42,167 nt of DNA from a virus. Its lineage: Duplodnaviria; Caudoviricetes. Below are positions 1-7,678 of this stretch, in pieces. The DNA lies in the IMG/VR virus record IMGVR_UViG_3300033067_000811, positions 1 through 42,167 of that record; one strand, 5' to 3'. How positions within the stretch are numbered: the first letter of the stretch is position 1; each line of letters opens with the position of its first letter. Below the pieces are notes generated by a model, which was given only the letters and a program-made list of their open reading frames with translations, did not search any database and was not told the origin of the DNA. A program made the position numbers and the translations under genes.

Positions 1-32
1 TGAGCATTCTTTTATATCCGTCAAAAACTGTC

Positions 33-239
33 CTACGCGGCCGCCTTCATCCGGCTGATCTGTTCCGTGGCGAGCCATATATAGCGAGGGATCTGGTGCT
101 TTCCGATCTCGTAGGCGCGGAAGGTGTTGCGGGCGACACCAAGGGCGGCGGCGGCCTCGCGCTTGGAGAGGCCGAGGCCATGGCGCCATGCCATGATCTG
201 CTCGGGGGTCATGTAGATGACGGGGGGCGGGGTGATCAT
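33..239 (-). CDS. XRE-family helix-turn-helix protein (68 aa), possible late/middle regulator
   Basis: MTPEQIMAWRHGLGLSKREAAAALGVARNTFRAYEIG is a canonical XRE HTH. ATG at 239 overlaps the MTase stop (ATGA). It is the last gene before the late operon. Confidence 0.85.
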   Translation of the reverse strand: MITPPPVIYMTPEQIMAWRHGLGLSKREAAAALGVARNTFRAYEIGKHQIPRYIWLATEQISRMKAAA

Positions 240-2080
240 GCTGCCCGGTCCTCGTTGGTGAGGGTTGAAAGGGTTTCGAGGTGGAGAGCGATGCGCCTCC
301 CGATCCATGCCATGCATGGCACCGCCATGCTGTTCCCGAGGGCCTTGTAGCGCGGGCCGTCCGGACAGTCTTCCGCGGACTTGTTGCGCCACGGGATGCG
401 GGTATATCGCGGAGGAAATCCCTGGAGTGACTCACATTCCTCAGGCACCAGTCGTCTGACCAGAAGGCGGGTTGCCACGACCTCGCTCTCGAAGCCGCTG
501 GTCTGATTGGACCCGACGCCGAGTGTGTCCGCCACCGCCACGCACGGTGCTGCATCGCCCTTGCCGGTTTCGCCGGACTGGGCATTGATGGCATTGACGA
601 TGTCGCCCATGTCGCCGCGGCCATTGCGCGCGATACGCGGCTGGAAGGCATAGGCGGCAACACCATGCCGGGCCCCGGCTTGGAGCGTGTACATCGGGTC
701 GCCATCCTCGCCGACGCCGAGCCCTGCCCGCATGTCATCGGTCGAAGACGGCCCGGTACGCTTGCCGACCTCCAGGAGCGGCACGGCAACTGCCATCTGC
801 CCGCCGCCGTTGGCATGACTCGCATCATGCGGCATGGCCCTGAGCGTGGGTGACAGGTCTTCCGTTGCGTCGGCACCGTGATCCTTGGCGGAGAAGGCAA
901 CCGGTACCAGCGGTGTGCCGCGGCCCGTTCCATCCTCGGACGCATCGAAGCCTTCGCCCTTGAGGGTGTGGGTGACGATCAGGCTGTCAGCAGTGTCGGC
1001 GTCCGTACCCGGTGGGCGGTCGCCTCCAGTGCTGTTCCCGCCAGCGCGCAGGGTCGGTGAGACATCTACGAAAGCCTCATCGAAGACGCACCCGATTGTA
1101 GGGATCAGCGTTTCTGTTTCGGCGTCGCGCCTGCCCATCCCTCCCGCGTTGAGGCACATCGAGAGTTGTGGGAACGAATAGCCCTGCCCCCCCCGGATGT
1201 GCTGATCTTCAAGGCCCTGCTTGTCGCCAAAATGAGCATTGAGGGTCGGGGCAATTTCGGCGGGCCATGACGGCGCTAGATACGCACCACGCTGCGAGAA
1301 TAGTTCCTGGTTCGATTGCCCAACACCGCCCGCGTTGTGCGATTGCGTCAGGCTTGGGTGGGGGAAGTCTCCATCCCAATGGCTACGCTTTCCAGCGCCA
1401 TCTTGAGCGCCTGCGGCAAATCCTTGCCCCGCTTTTCTGCACGGCGCAAAATACCTCTGCATGCCGTCCCGCTGAGATAGAACCTCGAAGGGATCGAACC
1501 CTTCTCGAGCACTTGCGACAACGAACACACGGCGGCGTCGTTGGGCCAGGCCGAAATATTGCGCGTCAAGTACCCTCCAGGCGATGAGTCGGCGGGGTCC
1601 ATCAACCACACCCGCGTCCGTCCATTTTCCCCCTGTCGGGAGGAGTGGGGAATCCTCTCCCGCCAGTGCTGCGAGGAAGCATCCGAAGGCGTTGTCTCTG
1701 ACACTGAGCACGCCGGGGACGTTTTCCCACACGATGATGGCGGGGGGCTTTCCGGCGTCATGTCGAACATCGTCAATTGCATCCGCAAGCCTCACATATT
1801 CAAGGGAAAGGTTGCCCCGATCGTCATCGAGGGATTTGCGAAGCCCGGCCACGGAGAAGGCCTGGCAGGGTGTCCCGCCCACGAGAACGTCGGCGTTGAC
1901 GATGAATGCCTCGTCACGGAGCTTGGTGAAGTCGCCATGGCACGGAACATGCGGATAGTGGTGCGCCAGCACGGCGCGCGGGAATGGCTCGATCTCGGAG
2001 AACGCGAGAGGCTCCCACCCGAGCGGGTGCCATGCGACGGAAGCGGCCTCAATGCCGGAACATACGGAGAGGTATTTCAT
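236..2080 (-). CDS. DNA (cytosine-5)-methyltransferase with very long variable region
   Basis: Motif I SVCSGIEA, IV GGTPCQAFS, VI WENVPG, VIII QRRRRVF, IX RLVPEECESLQGFP, X YKALGNSM. ATG at 2080 overlaps the upstream stop and has an SD (GAGGAG). Confidence 0.95.
   Translation of the reverse strand: MKYLSVCSGIEAASVAWHPLGWEPLAFSEIEPFPRAVLAHHYPHVPCHGDFTKLRDEAFIVNADVLVGGTPCQAFSVAGLRKSLDDDRGNLSLEYVRLADAIDDVRHDAGKPPAIIVWENVPGVLSVRDNAFGCFLAALAGEDSPLLPTGGKWTDAGVVDGPRRLIAWRVLDAQYFGLAQRRRRVFVVASAREGFDPFEVLSQRDGMQRYFAPCRKAGQGFAAGAQDGAGKRSHWDGDFPHPSLTQSHNAGGVGQSNQELFSQRGAYLAPSWPAEIAPTLNAHFGDKQGLEDQHIRGGQGYSFPQLSMCLNAGGMGRRDAETETLIPTIGCVFDEAFVDVSPTLRAGGNSTGGDRPPGTDADTADSLIVTHTLKGEGFDASEDGTGRGTPLVPVAFSAKDHGADATEDLSPTLRAMPHDASHANGGGQMAVAVPLLEVGKRTGPSSTDDMRAGLGVGEDGDPMYTLQAGARHGVAAYAFQPRIARNGRGDMGDIVNAINAQSGETGKGDAAPCVAVADTLGVGSNQTSGFESEVVATRLLVRRLVPEECESLQGFPPRYTRIPWRNKSAEDCPDGPRYKALGNSMAVPCMAWIGRRIALHLETLSTLTNEDRAA
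1348..1782 (-). CDS. Nested alternative-frame ORF inside the C5-MTase (putative M.EcoHK31I beta-like polypeptide)
   Basis: Same strand, different frame, 144 aa. GAGG precedes ATG 1782. The C-terminal block CSLSQVLEKGSIPSRFYLSGTACRGILRRAEKRGKDLP looks like a real conserved protein segment. Confidence 0.7.
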   Translation of the reverse strand: MQLTMFDMTPESPPPSSCGKTSPACSVSETTPSDASSQHWRERIPHSSRQGENGRTRVWLMDPADSSPGGYLTRNISAWPNDAAVCSLSQVLEKGSIPSRFYLSGTACRGILRRAEKRGKDLPQALKMALESVAIGMETSPTQA

Positions 2081-2862
2081 GCCGCCTTCTCCTCGGGTGG
2101 GAACTCGGTGGGCACGGTGAAACTGTCGCGGCCCTCGTGAAACGTCTTGCCGGTCTTGGAATGGCGTCGGTAGTGGGCAATCCATGCGTCATAGGCCGGG
2201 GTGCCGCGGGTGACGGTGGGAAGGGCGCGAGGCTTGGCGCCGCCCTTGGCGCCCAACTTGTCCTCGATGGCGCGGAGGCTTTTCCCCTGGTCCTTGGTGA
2301 GGGTTGGCTCCCACTTGATGGAAATCAGGAAATCGATCTCCCATGCGGTGAGGTCGGCCGCACGGTTGTCGAGGGCGTCTTGGGCAAACCTGCAATGCGG
2401 AGCATCCTCCGCGGCGCGCGCGTCTGCTCTGCTCTGCTCTGTATCTGTTCTGATCTGTTCTGGGGGGTGTGACGTCACATCACCGTCACGCGTGACATGA
2501 TCCGTGACAGGTGGCGTGACGGGGCCATTTTCCTTCACTTTATCCCGCTCGCGTTGTTTTCTTTTCCGTTCCGTCGCCGTCTCGTCTGCATCGCTCTTGA
2601 ACTGGCGGCCCCTCCAATTGTGCGGAGAAAGCCCGTCACACTCCTCAAGCAAGCCGCATTTCAAGAGGTCACGGATGATGTCACGCGTGACATTCTCATC
2701 AAGGCGCAAGGCGAAAGCGATGTCCTCCATGGCCGGCAACTGGCCATCATGCCGGCTGGCGAGGCACAGGAGGTTGACCCACGCCTTGAACAGTCCAGGC
2801 GCGAGGCGTTGCACCTTGGGATCATCGAGAACGTCGGCGTACATGCGGAACCACCGACTCAT
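2077..2862 (-). CDS. Phage replication initiator (replisome organiser, lambda O-like position)
   Basis: N-terminus MSRWFRMYADVLDDPKVQRL...WVNLLCLAS with wHTH, then TERKRKQRER and a low-complexity VT-repeat linker. ATGA overlap with gcrA. Confidence 0.8.
   Translation of the reverse strand: MSRWFRMYADVLDDPKVQRLAPGLFKAWVNLLCLASRHDGQLPAMEDIAFALRLDENVTRDIIRDLLKCGLLEECDGLSPHNWRGRQFKSDADETATERKRKQRERDKVKENGPVTPPVTDHVTRDGDVTSHPPEQIRTDTEQSRADARAAEDAPHCRFAQDALDNRAADLTAWEIDFLISIKWEPTLTKDQGKSLRAIEDKLGAKGGAKPRALPTVTRGTPAYDAWIAHYRRHSKTGKTFHEGRDSFTVPTEFPPEEKAA
2423..2693. repeat. Putative replication origin (iterons) inside the initiator gene
   Basis: Clustered GTGAC/GTCAC units. Palindromes TGTGACGTCACA 2468-2479, GTCACGCGTGAC 2485-2496 and ATGTCACGCGTGACAT 2678-2693. 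Adjacent strand-asymmetric TCTG(C/T) repeats at 2423-2462. Confidence 0.6.
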
Positions 2863-3443
2863 GCGGCGCGGCCTCTCTTGAGGGTGTAGATGGCGGAGCG
2901 GATCGTCATGCGGATTGTCTCGCGGGATTCCCTCGACACGCTCTCCGCGGCGTGGGCGGCGCAATAGGCGGAGCCCTCGCGCTGCACCTCGTTGCAGAAA
3001 CACTTGCCGCCGATCACGTCGGGATGGTCTGCCACCGGCCACCGGCACCCGGTCACGTCGAGGATGCCGATGCGGGAGGCCACGGCGGGCGTCCTGGGGG
3101 CCACGGAGAGGGCCGGGAGGATGAACCCGAGCGGGGCCTTCGCCACCTCGGGAATGTGCCTCGTGGGCTCGCAGGCGCGCTTGGGCGTGGTGTTGCGGAG
3201 AAGCTGCGCATTGATGCGCGGGCCCGCCACGTCATCGAGGATCGATCGCTTGCGGTTGGGGCGCGGGCGCGACTCGCATGCGTAGGGCTGTATCAGGCCG
3301 CGCTTGATCCGCTCGCGCTGGTATTTGCCGATGATGGCATTGCGGGTGCAATGGAACATATTGGCCACGTAGGCGGGCGATCGGCCTTCCTGCATCCATG
3401 TGAACATCTGTTCGATCTTCTCGGGCGTCCAATCCATGGCCAT
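2859..3443 (-). CDS. gcrA: GcrA-family cell-cycle regulator homolog
   Basis: N-terminal MDWTPEKIEQM...W.EG.S...RNAIIGK..R and C-terminal CRWP...FCN...YCAAH match the GcrA signature. Confidence 0.85.
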   Translation of the reverse strand: MAMDWTPEKIEQMFTWMQEGRSPAYVANMFHCTRNAIIGKYQRERIKRGLIQPYACESRPRPNRKRSILDDVAGPRINAQLLRNTTPKRACEPTRHIPEVAKAPLGFILPALSVAPRTPAVASRIGILDVTGCRWPVADHPDVIGGKCFCNEVQREGSAYCAAHAAESVSRESRETIRMTIRSAIYTLKRGRAA

Positions 3444-3525
3444 TTTGCTTATGCTCTAAATTGCGCGTGTTGAAGCGTGATCCGGTGTTTGTTCCGGGTG
3501 CGGATGAGAACATGGAAGGATTTGC

Positions 3526-3756
3526 TCACGGCGGATCGCGCCGCTTGAAATTGAGGTGCGCCGGACTGCATTTTCCGGTGCCATTCTCGGCGCTGCGCTC
3601 GGGCTCTGGGTAGCTATCGACCTCGAACACACACCGCGTGCCCCGCCCCTGCGCCTTGATGATCTGCGGCGAATGGCACCACCGCCCGCCTTCCGAATCG
3701 TAGCGGATGTGGGCGCAATCGCGGCACAAGGCATCCGTGGTGGTGGTCTCGATCAT
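3526..3756 (-). CDS. Small Cys-rich hypothetical protein (putative Zn-binding)
   Basis: CRDCAH...WCHSP...C...C pattern. ATGA overlap with the upstream gene. Confidence 0.7.
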   Translation of the reverse strand: MIETTTTDALCRDCAHIRYDSEGGRWCHSPQIIKAQGRGTRCVFEVDSYPEPERSAENGTGKCSPAHLNFKRRDPP

Positions 3757-4577
3757 GTTTCCCCCTGGAATGCCGCTTCAATGTCGGCGAGTTTCACGCC
3801 CGGAATTGCGGCCTGTATGGCGAACCGCGAATAGCCCTTCTTGCGGAGGTCGCGGATGCGTTGGCCCATGGTGATCTGCGAGTCGGGCGGCGCCTCGGGG
3901 CGCTTACCCTTCAAGGTGCGCCACTCCCCAATTGCCTGATCCACCGTCATCGAATTCCAGAAACCCGGCTCGTTGGCGCCCTGTTGCTTGGCGGCATGGG
4001 CCAAGGCTGCGCCCATCTCCTCGACGCCGAACCGCGCGATGTTGCGGCGGAGCGTTCCCAAGGCCATGGTCTCGAAAGGCTTGATGGTCGATTTTGGCTT
4101 GGGATAGACGAGCGGCACGATGCCGCCCAACTTACAAGCCCGGTCAATGTCGAGCGCCCACTCGGCGCCGGCCGCCCTGCCCGCCTTGAACAACTGAAAG
4201 ATGGTGATCGGCGTGGTGTTGCCGTTCACGTCGGTGAAAATGGCGGGCTGTTCCTTGGGGCTGGCGGTGACGATCGAGCACGGCACCCGGTCGAAACCGC
4301 GGATCATTGCGGCGGTTGCCCGGTGCTGGCCATCGATGATCGAGAAGATTTCGCCGCCTGGCACGCGCGCCACGATCAAGGGCGCAAACCTGTCCCAATC
4401 GAATTCGGCGCATATCCTGGCGATCACCCGCACGCCGCGGCCCTCGATCCGGCGTTGGTATCGATCGTCAATGCGGAGCGAGGAGAGCGGGAGATAGGCG
4501 AGCACCGGCGGGGTGCCGGGCGGGCCGGGCTTGGCGTGGGCGATGGCAAGGGCGGTGAGGGGGAGGAGGTTGCTCAA
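3753..4577 (-). CDS. ParB/Srx-like DGQHR-motif protein with C-terminal HTH-like segment
   Basis: IDDRYQR...FDW...PLIV...IIDGQHRATAA. Start placed at TTG 4577 (TTGA overlap, GGAGGG SD). Confidence 0.75.
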   Translation of the reverse strand: MSNLLPLTALAIAHAKPGPPGTPPVLAYLPLSSLRIDDRYQRRIEGRGVRVIARICAEFDWDRFAPLIVARVPGGEIFSIIDGQHRATAAMIRGFDRVPCSIVTASPKEQPAIFTDVNGNTTPITIFQLFKAGRAAGAEWALDIDRACKLGGIVPLVYPKPKSTIKPFETMALGTLRRNIARFGVEEMGAALAHAAKQQGANEPGFWNSMTVDQAIGEWRTLKGKRPEAPPDSQITMGQRIRDLRKKGYSRFAIQAAIPGVKLADIEAAFQGET

Positions 4578-5173
4578 GCGTAGTCCCTCCAATCAACGCG
4601 GGCGATCTCGGGCAATCCATTGTAGCCGCGGCACCATACGAACCATGCGAAATCCGTTGCCGATGTCGCCCGCGGCCCGGTCCACCCGTCGCGGTGCATC
4701 ATCGGGAGGCGGCGCGAGAACACATGCACGCGCGCGAGGTGGCCATGATCGAGGATGTCTTTGCGGGTGGTGCCGGTGATGAAGGCGAGGCGGAGAAGCA
4801 TGGCCACATAGGGCGAGAGCGCCAGCGCGCGGCGCACGAAGGCGGGCGCATTCTTGAACGGCGGGTTGGTGACGATCGCCCGCCCTTCCCTGCTGTAGCT
4901 CTCCGCTAGGCCGGGGATGAGGAAGTCAACGCCGGCGTGATCCTGGTGCGGGCTGGCATAGTCCACGAGATCGGTTGCGAGCACATCGCGGCCGGAATGG
5001 CGGAGCATGGCGACGATCGCACCGGGTCCGCAAGCCGGCTCCCATATCAGGCGCGGCAGGCTTTCGACGGCGAGAAGGGTTTGCACCGCCTCGGGCGGCG
5101 TCTCGTACAGGTCATTGCGGCGCGCATCGAGGGCGTGCGCCTTGTTGCCGGTCTCGGTGGCGAGGGCCGTCAA
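4574..5173 (-). CDS. Small N6-adenine DNA methyltransferase
   Basis: DLYETP, motif I WEPACGPG, motif IV IVTNPPF, C-terminal FAWFVW. TTG start overlaps the upstream stop. Confidence 0.85.
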   Translation of the reverse strand: MTALATETGNKAHALDARRNDLYETPPEAVQTLLAVESLPRLIWEPACGPGAIVAMLRHSGRDVLATDLVDYASPHQDHAGVDFLIPGLAESYSREGRAIVTNPPFKNAPAFVRRALALSPYVAMLLRLAFITGTTRKDILDHGHLARVHVFSRRLPMMHRDGWTGPRATSATDFAWFVWCRGYNGLPEIARVDWRDYA

Positions 5174-5466
5174 ACGAGCACCCGATAGCGCCAAAGCCCA
5201 CCGGCAATGTGCTCACGCTCAACCACAAAGCCCCCAAACTTGGGGCGACGGAAGTCCCGCAATCTCGCGCTCACCGATGCCTCGGGATGTCCGGTGGCGG
5301 CGGAAATCTCCGCCAGCGTGCGCCATTGGCCATCGCGCATGAGGCGGAAAACGTCGGCGGCCTGTCCGTCGAGGCGCGCACCGTCGCGCTGCCGGTCGAA
5401 GGTTTGGCCGTCCCTATCGCCCTTGATGACCGGCGGAGTCCAATCGAGGAGGGAGGGCTGCATCAT
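5170..5466 (-). CDS. Winged-HTH hypothetical protein
   Basis: LMRDGQWRTLAEISAATGHPEASVSARLRDFR is wHTH-like and in operon context. Confidence 0.75.
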   Translation of the reverse strand: MMQPSLLDWTPPVIKGDRDGQTFDRQRDGARLDGQAADVFRLMRDGQWRTLAEISAATGHPEASVSARLRDFRRPKFGGFVVEREHIAGGLWRYRVLV

Positions 5467-5472
5467 TTCGGC

Positions 5473-5865
5473 TCAATCCTCTCCTTGAGGCTCAAGAGCC
5501 TGAGACCGGCGCTGAAGCAGGATCGAGCGCATCGCATCAATGTGCGGGCGGAAAAACTCCGAATCCGCCGCTTCCATCGCGGTAAGAGCGGATCGCATGG
5601 ACGAAAGCAGAGCTTCATTCTCGGCCGCATTTGCTCTGAACCTTTCTGCGCAAAACTTGAGGTGGGCCGCCTCGATCTCCTTGGCCTCCTCGACGGTCGG
5701 CCGGCGCTCGCCATAGAGAAGGTGGCGGATCGCGCTTTGCGCCTTGGAATGCCACCCGAGGCGGCACCGGATGCGCCACTCCCTGGCCTTCAACGGGCCG
5801 TTGCCGCCAATGGCGGCGAGTTTTTCAGCGATAGCCGCCATGGTGGAATCTATTTCCAATTTCAT
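5473..5865 (-). CDS. Hypothetical regulatory protein (cII-like position)
   Basis: HTH-like RLGW...IRHLLYGERRP followed by a coiled segment. First long gene downstream of cro. Start uncertain. Confidence 0.6.
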   Translation of the reverse strand: MKLEIDSTMAAIAEKLAAIGGNGPLKAREWRIRCRLGWHSKAQSAIRHLLYGERRPTVEEAKEIEAAHLKFCAERFRANAAENEALLSSMRSALTAMEAADSEFFRPHIDAMRSILLQRRSQALEPQGED

Positions 5866-5923
5866 GGAACGCACTCCGATTAGGTTTCCCGTTGTCGGAC
5901 GTGAAACCAATGGAGCCATCCCC

Positions 5924-6085
5924 ATGTGCAGGATCATCAACCTTGAACGCTATCGACGGGTGCGCCGGGCAACGCATGACAAGCCCGGCGCCGCCCGTCA
6001 CCATCCCCGCGGAGGCGGCCGGGGGCTGGTCTCGATCGGCGTGGTGAGCGAGGAATTGCTCGCGCGCCTCACCGAGAAGGATTGA
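5924..6085 (+). CDS. Small ORF antisense to the leftward early operon (53 aa)
   Basis: GGAG SD before ATG 5924. MCRIINLERYRR start. Followed by a GC hairpin at 6090-6127. Confidence 0.4.
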   Translation: MCRIINLERYRRVRRATHDKPGAARHHPRGGGRGLVSIGVVSEELLARLTEKD

Positions 6086-6089
6086 AAGC

Positions 6090-6243
6090 GGGCGGGGGCG
6101 CCGTGATGTCGCGTTACTCCCCCGCCCTGTCGTGCAATCCGCGCGATTTGCCGTCGATGGTCCCATCCCTGCATCGAAAACGGATCGCGCGTTACTACTT
6201 AGTCGGATGTTGCACGACACCCGGCGGAACACCCGATGCAGGG
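6090..6243. ncRNA. Putative structured regulatory RNA
   Basis: Complementary pairs 6090-6098/6119-6127, 6128-6137/6210-6219, 6140-6147/6184-6191, 6154-6159/6172-6177, plus a competing pair 6167-6176/6234-6243. Confidence 0.5.
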
Positions 6244-6249
6244 TAAGCG

Positions 6250-6284
6250 AAAGAAAGGGGCCCGCGGATGGAGCGGAGCGGGCC
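6250..6284 (-). terminator. Putative intrinsic terminator after cro (tR1-like)
   Basis: Minus strand GGCCCGC-loop-GCGGGCC followed by CCTTTCTTT. Confidence 0.5.
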
Positions 6285-6363
6285 AAGTTTCCACCACGCC
6301 GGATGTGAGGGCGCTGCCATGCAACATGGGAATTTGGGGGGACATGGCCGGTGGGGGAGGAAA

Positions 6364-6639
6364 TCATGCGGCCTCCGGGGAGGCCGACTCCTTGTCGCTC
6401 CTTGCCGGCACGAGGCTCACATCAAGGAACGCCGCAGGCGGTAGCTCAAGGCCCTGATCTTTCGCCATCGCGGCGAGGCGGGCGTGATGTTTGCGCGGGA
6501 TAAAGCCTCCGGTGCCGCCCTGCTTCTTGGACAGCCGCCACCGCAACACGGTGACGTGGCTCGTGCTCACGCCACGGGAAACGGCCGTGACACCGCCGAG
6601 TAGCGAAATGATCGAGGAAGCTGGTTCGCAATGGTTCAT
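6364..6639 (-). CDS. Cro-like repressor
   Basis: IISLLGGVTAVSRGVSTSHVTVLRW...GGTGGFIP Cro-type HTH, divergent from cI. Confidence 0.8.
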   Translation of the reverse strand: MNHCEPASSIISLLGGVTAVSRGVSTSHVTVLRWRLSKKQGGTGGFIPRKHHARLAAMAKDQGLELPPAAFLDVSLVPARSDKESASPEAA

Positions 6640-6646
6640 GCATCGC

Positions 6647-6736
6647 AATGTACGATATTCGCACGAACACCGTCAAGCATGAAAGTGCGAAAAAGCTACA
6701 TGCAACGGGTTGGAGGGCAATGTACGAAAATTGCAT
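6647..6736. promoter_or_regulatory. OR/PR-like switch: three 15-bp operators and a sigma70-type promoter
   Basis: GTACGATATTCGCAC 6650-6664, GTGCGAAAAAGCTAC 6685-6699, GTACGAAAATTGCAT 6722-6736. Minus-strand TTGACG...TACATT promoter points at cro. Confidence 0.8.
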
Positions 6737-7313
6737 CATGCCTTATTTGGAATGGATCAGGCGCGAATTCGACCGCACCGGCAAGAAGCAGGTCGATCTT
6801 GCGCGCCACTTGGGGATTGCGCATCCGCAGATCACCCGGCTCATGCAGGGAACCCGCCGGTTGAAGGCGGATGAGATCGCCAAGATCGCGGAGTTTTTCG
6901 GTTCACCGCCTCCTGTGCCCGATCGGCGCATGATCCCCCTCGTTGGCTATGTCGGTGCTGGCGCCCAGGTGCACGCCATCGATGATCACGCCAAGGGGGC
7001 GGGCCTCGATGAGGTCGAATGCCCGTGGTCGGAACTCGGCCCCTCGGCGGTGGCGGTGCGGGTGCGGGGGGATTCGATGATCCCCGCCTACTACAACGGC
7101 GATCTGCTGTTCTACGATCAGCAACACACGGATTTGACGCCGCTTTTAGGCCGCGAATGCGTGGTGGCCCTGCGCGACGGCCGGCGCTTTGTGAAAGAGC
7201 TTCGCCGCACGCAATCCGGTCAATGGTATCTGCATTCCCACAACCACGAGCCAATTGTCGGTGTAGACATCGAGTGGGCTGCCAAGGTGCGGTTGATCCA
7301 GCGCGCGCAATAG
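6720..7313 (+). CDS. cI: CI-like repressor (XRE HTH + S24 peptidase)
   Basis: HTH KQVDLARHLGIAHPQITRL, cleavage-site region VGAG, catalytic VRGDSM and FVKEL. Start is 6720 (GGAGGG SD) or 6738. Confidence 0.93.
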   Translation: MYENCIMPYLEWIRREFDRTGKKQVDLARHLGIAHPQITRLMQGTRRLKADEIAKIAEFFGSPPPVPDRRMIPLVGYVGAGAQVHAIDDHAKGAGLDEVECPWSELGPSAVAVRVRGDSMIPAYYNGDLLFYDQQHTDLTPLLGRECVVALRDGRRFVKELRRTQSGQWYLHSHNHEPIVGVDIEWAAKVRLIQRAQ

Positions 7314-7394
7314 TATGATTATTTCCCCTTTAGGGTGCTTGAATTTGCACCCCTAGGGCGTGCAATCTGCCTTGCTTCCGGCTGGGGGGCTCCG

Positions 7395-7676
7395 ATGTTC
7401 CATTACGTCATGCACGAAATTCCTGTCACTCAGGTTGAGTTGCCGTCGGGGCTTGCGAATGCCTCCCATGCCTATCTCGTCGGTGATCAGCGCCTTTTCC
7501 CGGTCGTGCGGATGGGTGACGTGGTGTGCTGCGGCGATCCGCTTCCCAAGGGCGTCACCTTCCCGCCGCTCGCCGTCATGTGGCTCCCGACGGGCGGGCG
7601 GTGGCTGGTCGTGTCCCTCGCCGCCCTGCGGCCGCTCGCCACCACCTTTGCCGTTACCTACATCATAAAGAGGTGA
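7395..7676 (+). CDS. Hypothetical protein, degenerate S24-like fold
   Basis: AYLVGDQRLFPVVRMGDVVCC parallels the S24 V.GDSM.P...GD core but lacks the catalytic Ser. Confidence 0.5.
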   Translation: MFHYVMHEIPVTQVELPSGLANASHAYLVGDQRLFPVVRMGDVVCCGDPLPKGVTFPPLAVMWLPTGGRWLVVSLAALRPLATTFAVTYIIKR

Positions 7677-7678
7677 TC

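Noticed and set aside
6648-6719. N-terminal extension of cI (and the similar peptide in ORF 7945-8148)
   Set aside because: The peptide similarity is a by-product of the duplicated promoter/operator DNA, not protein conservation.
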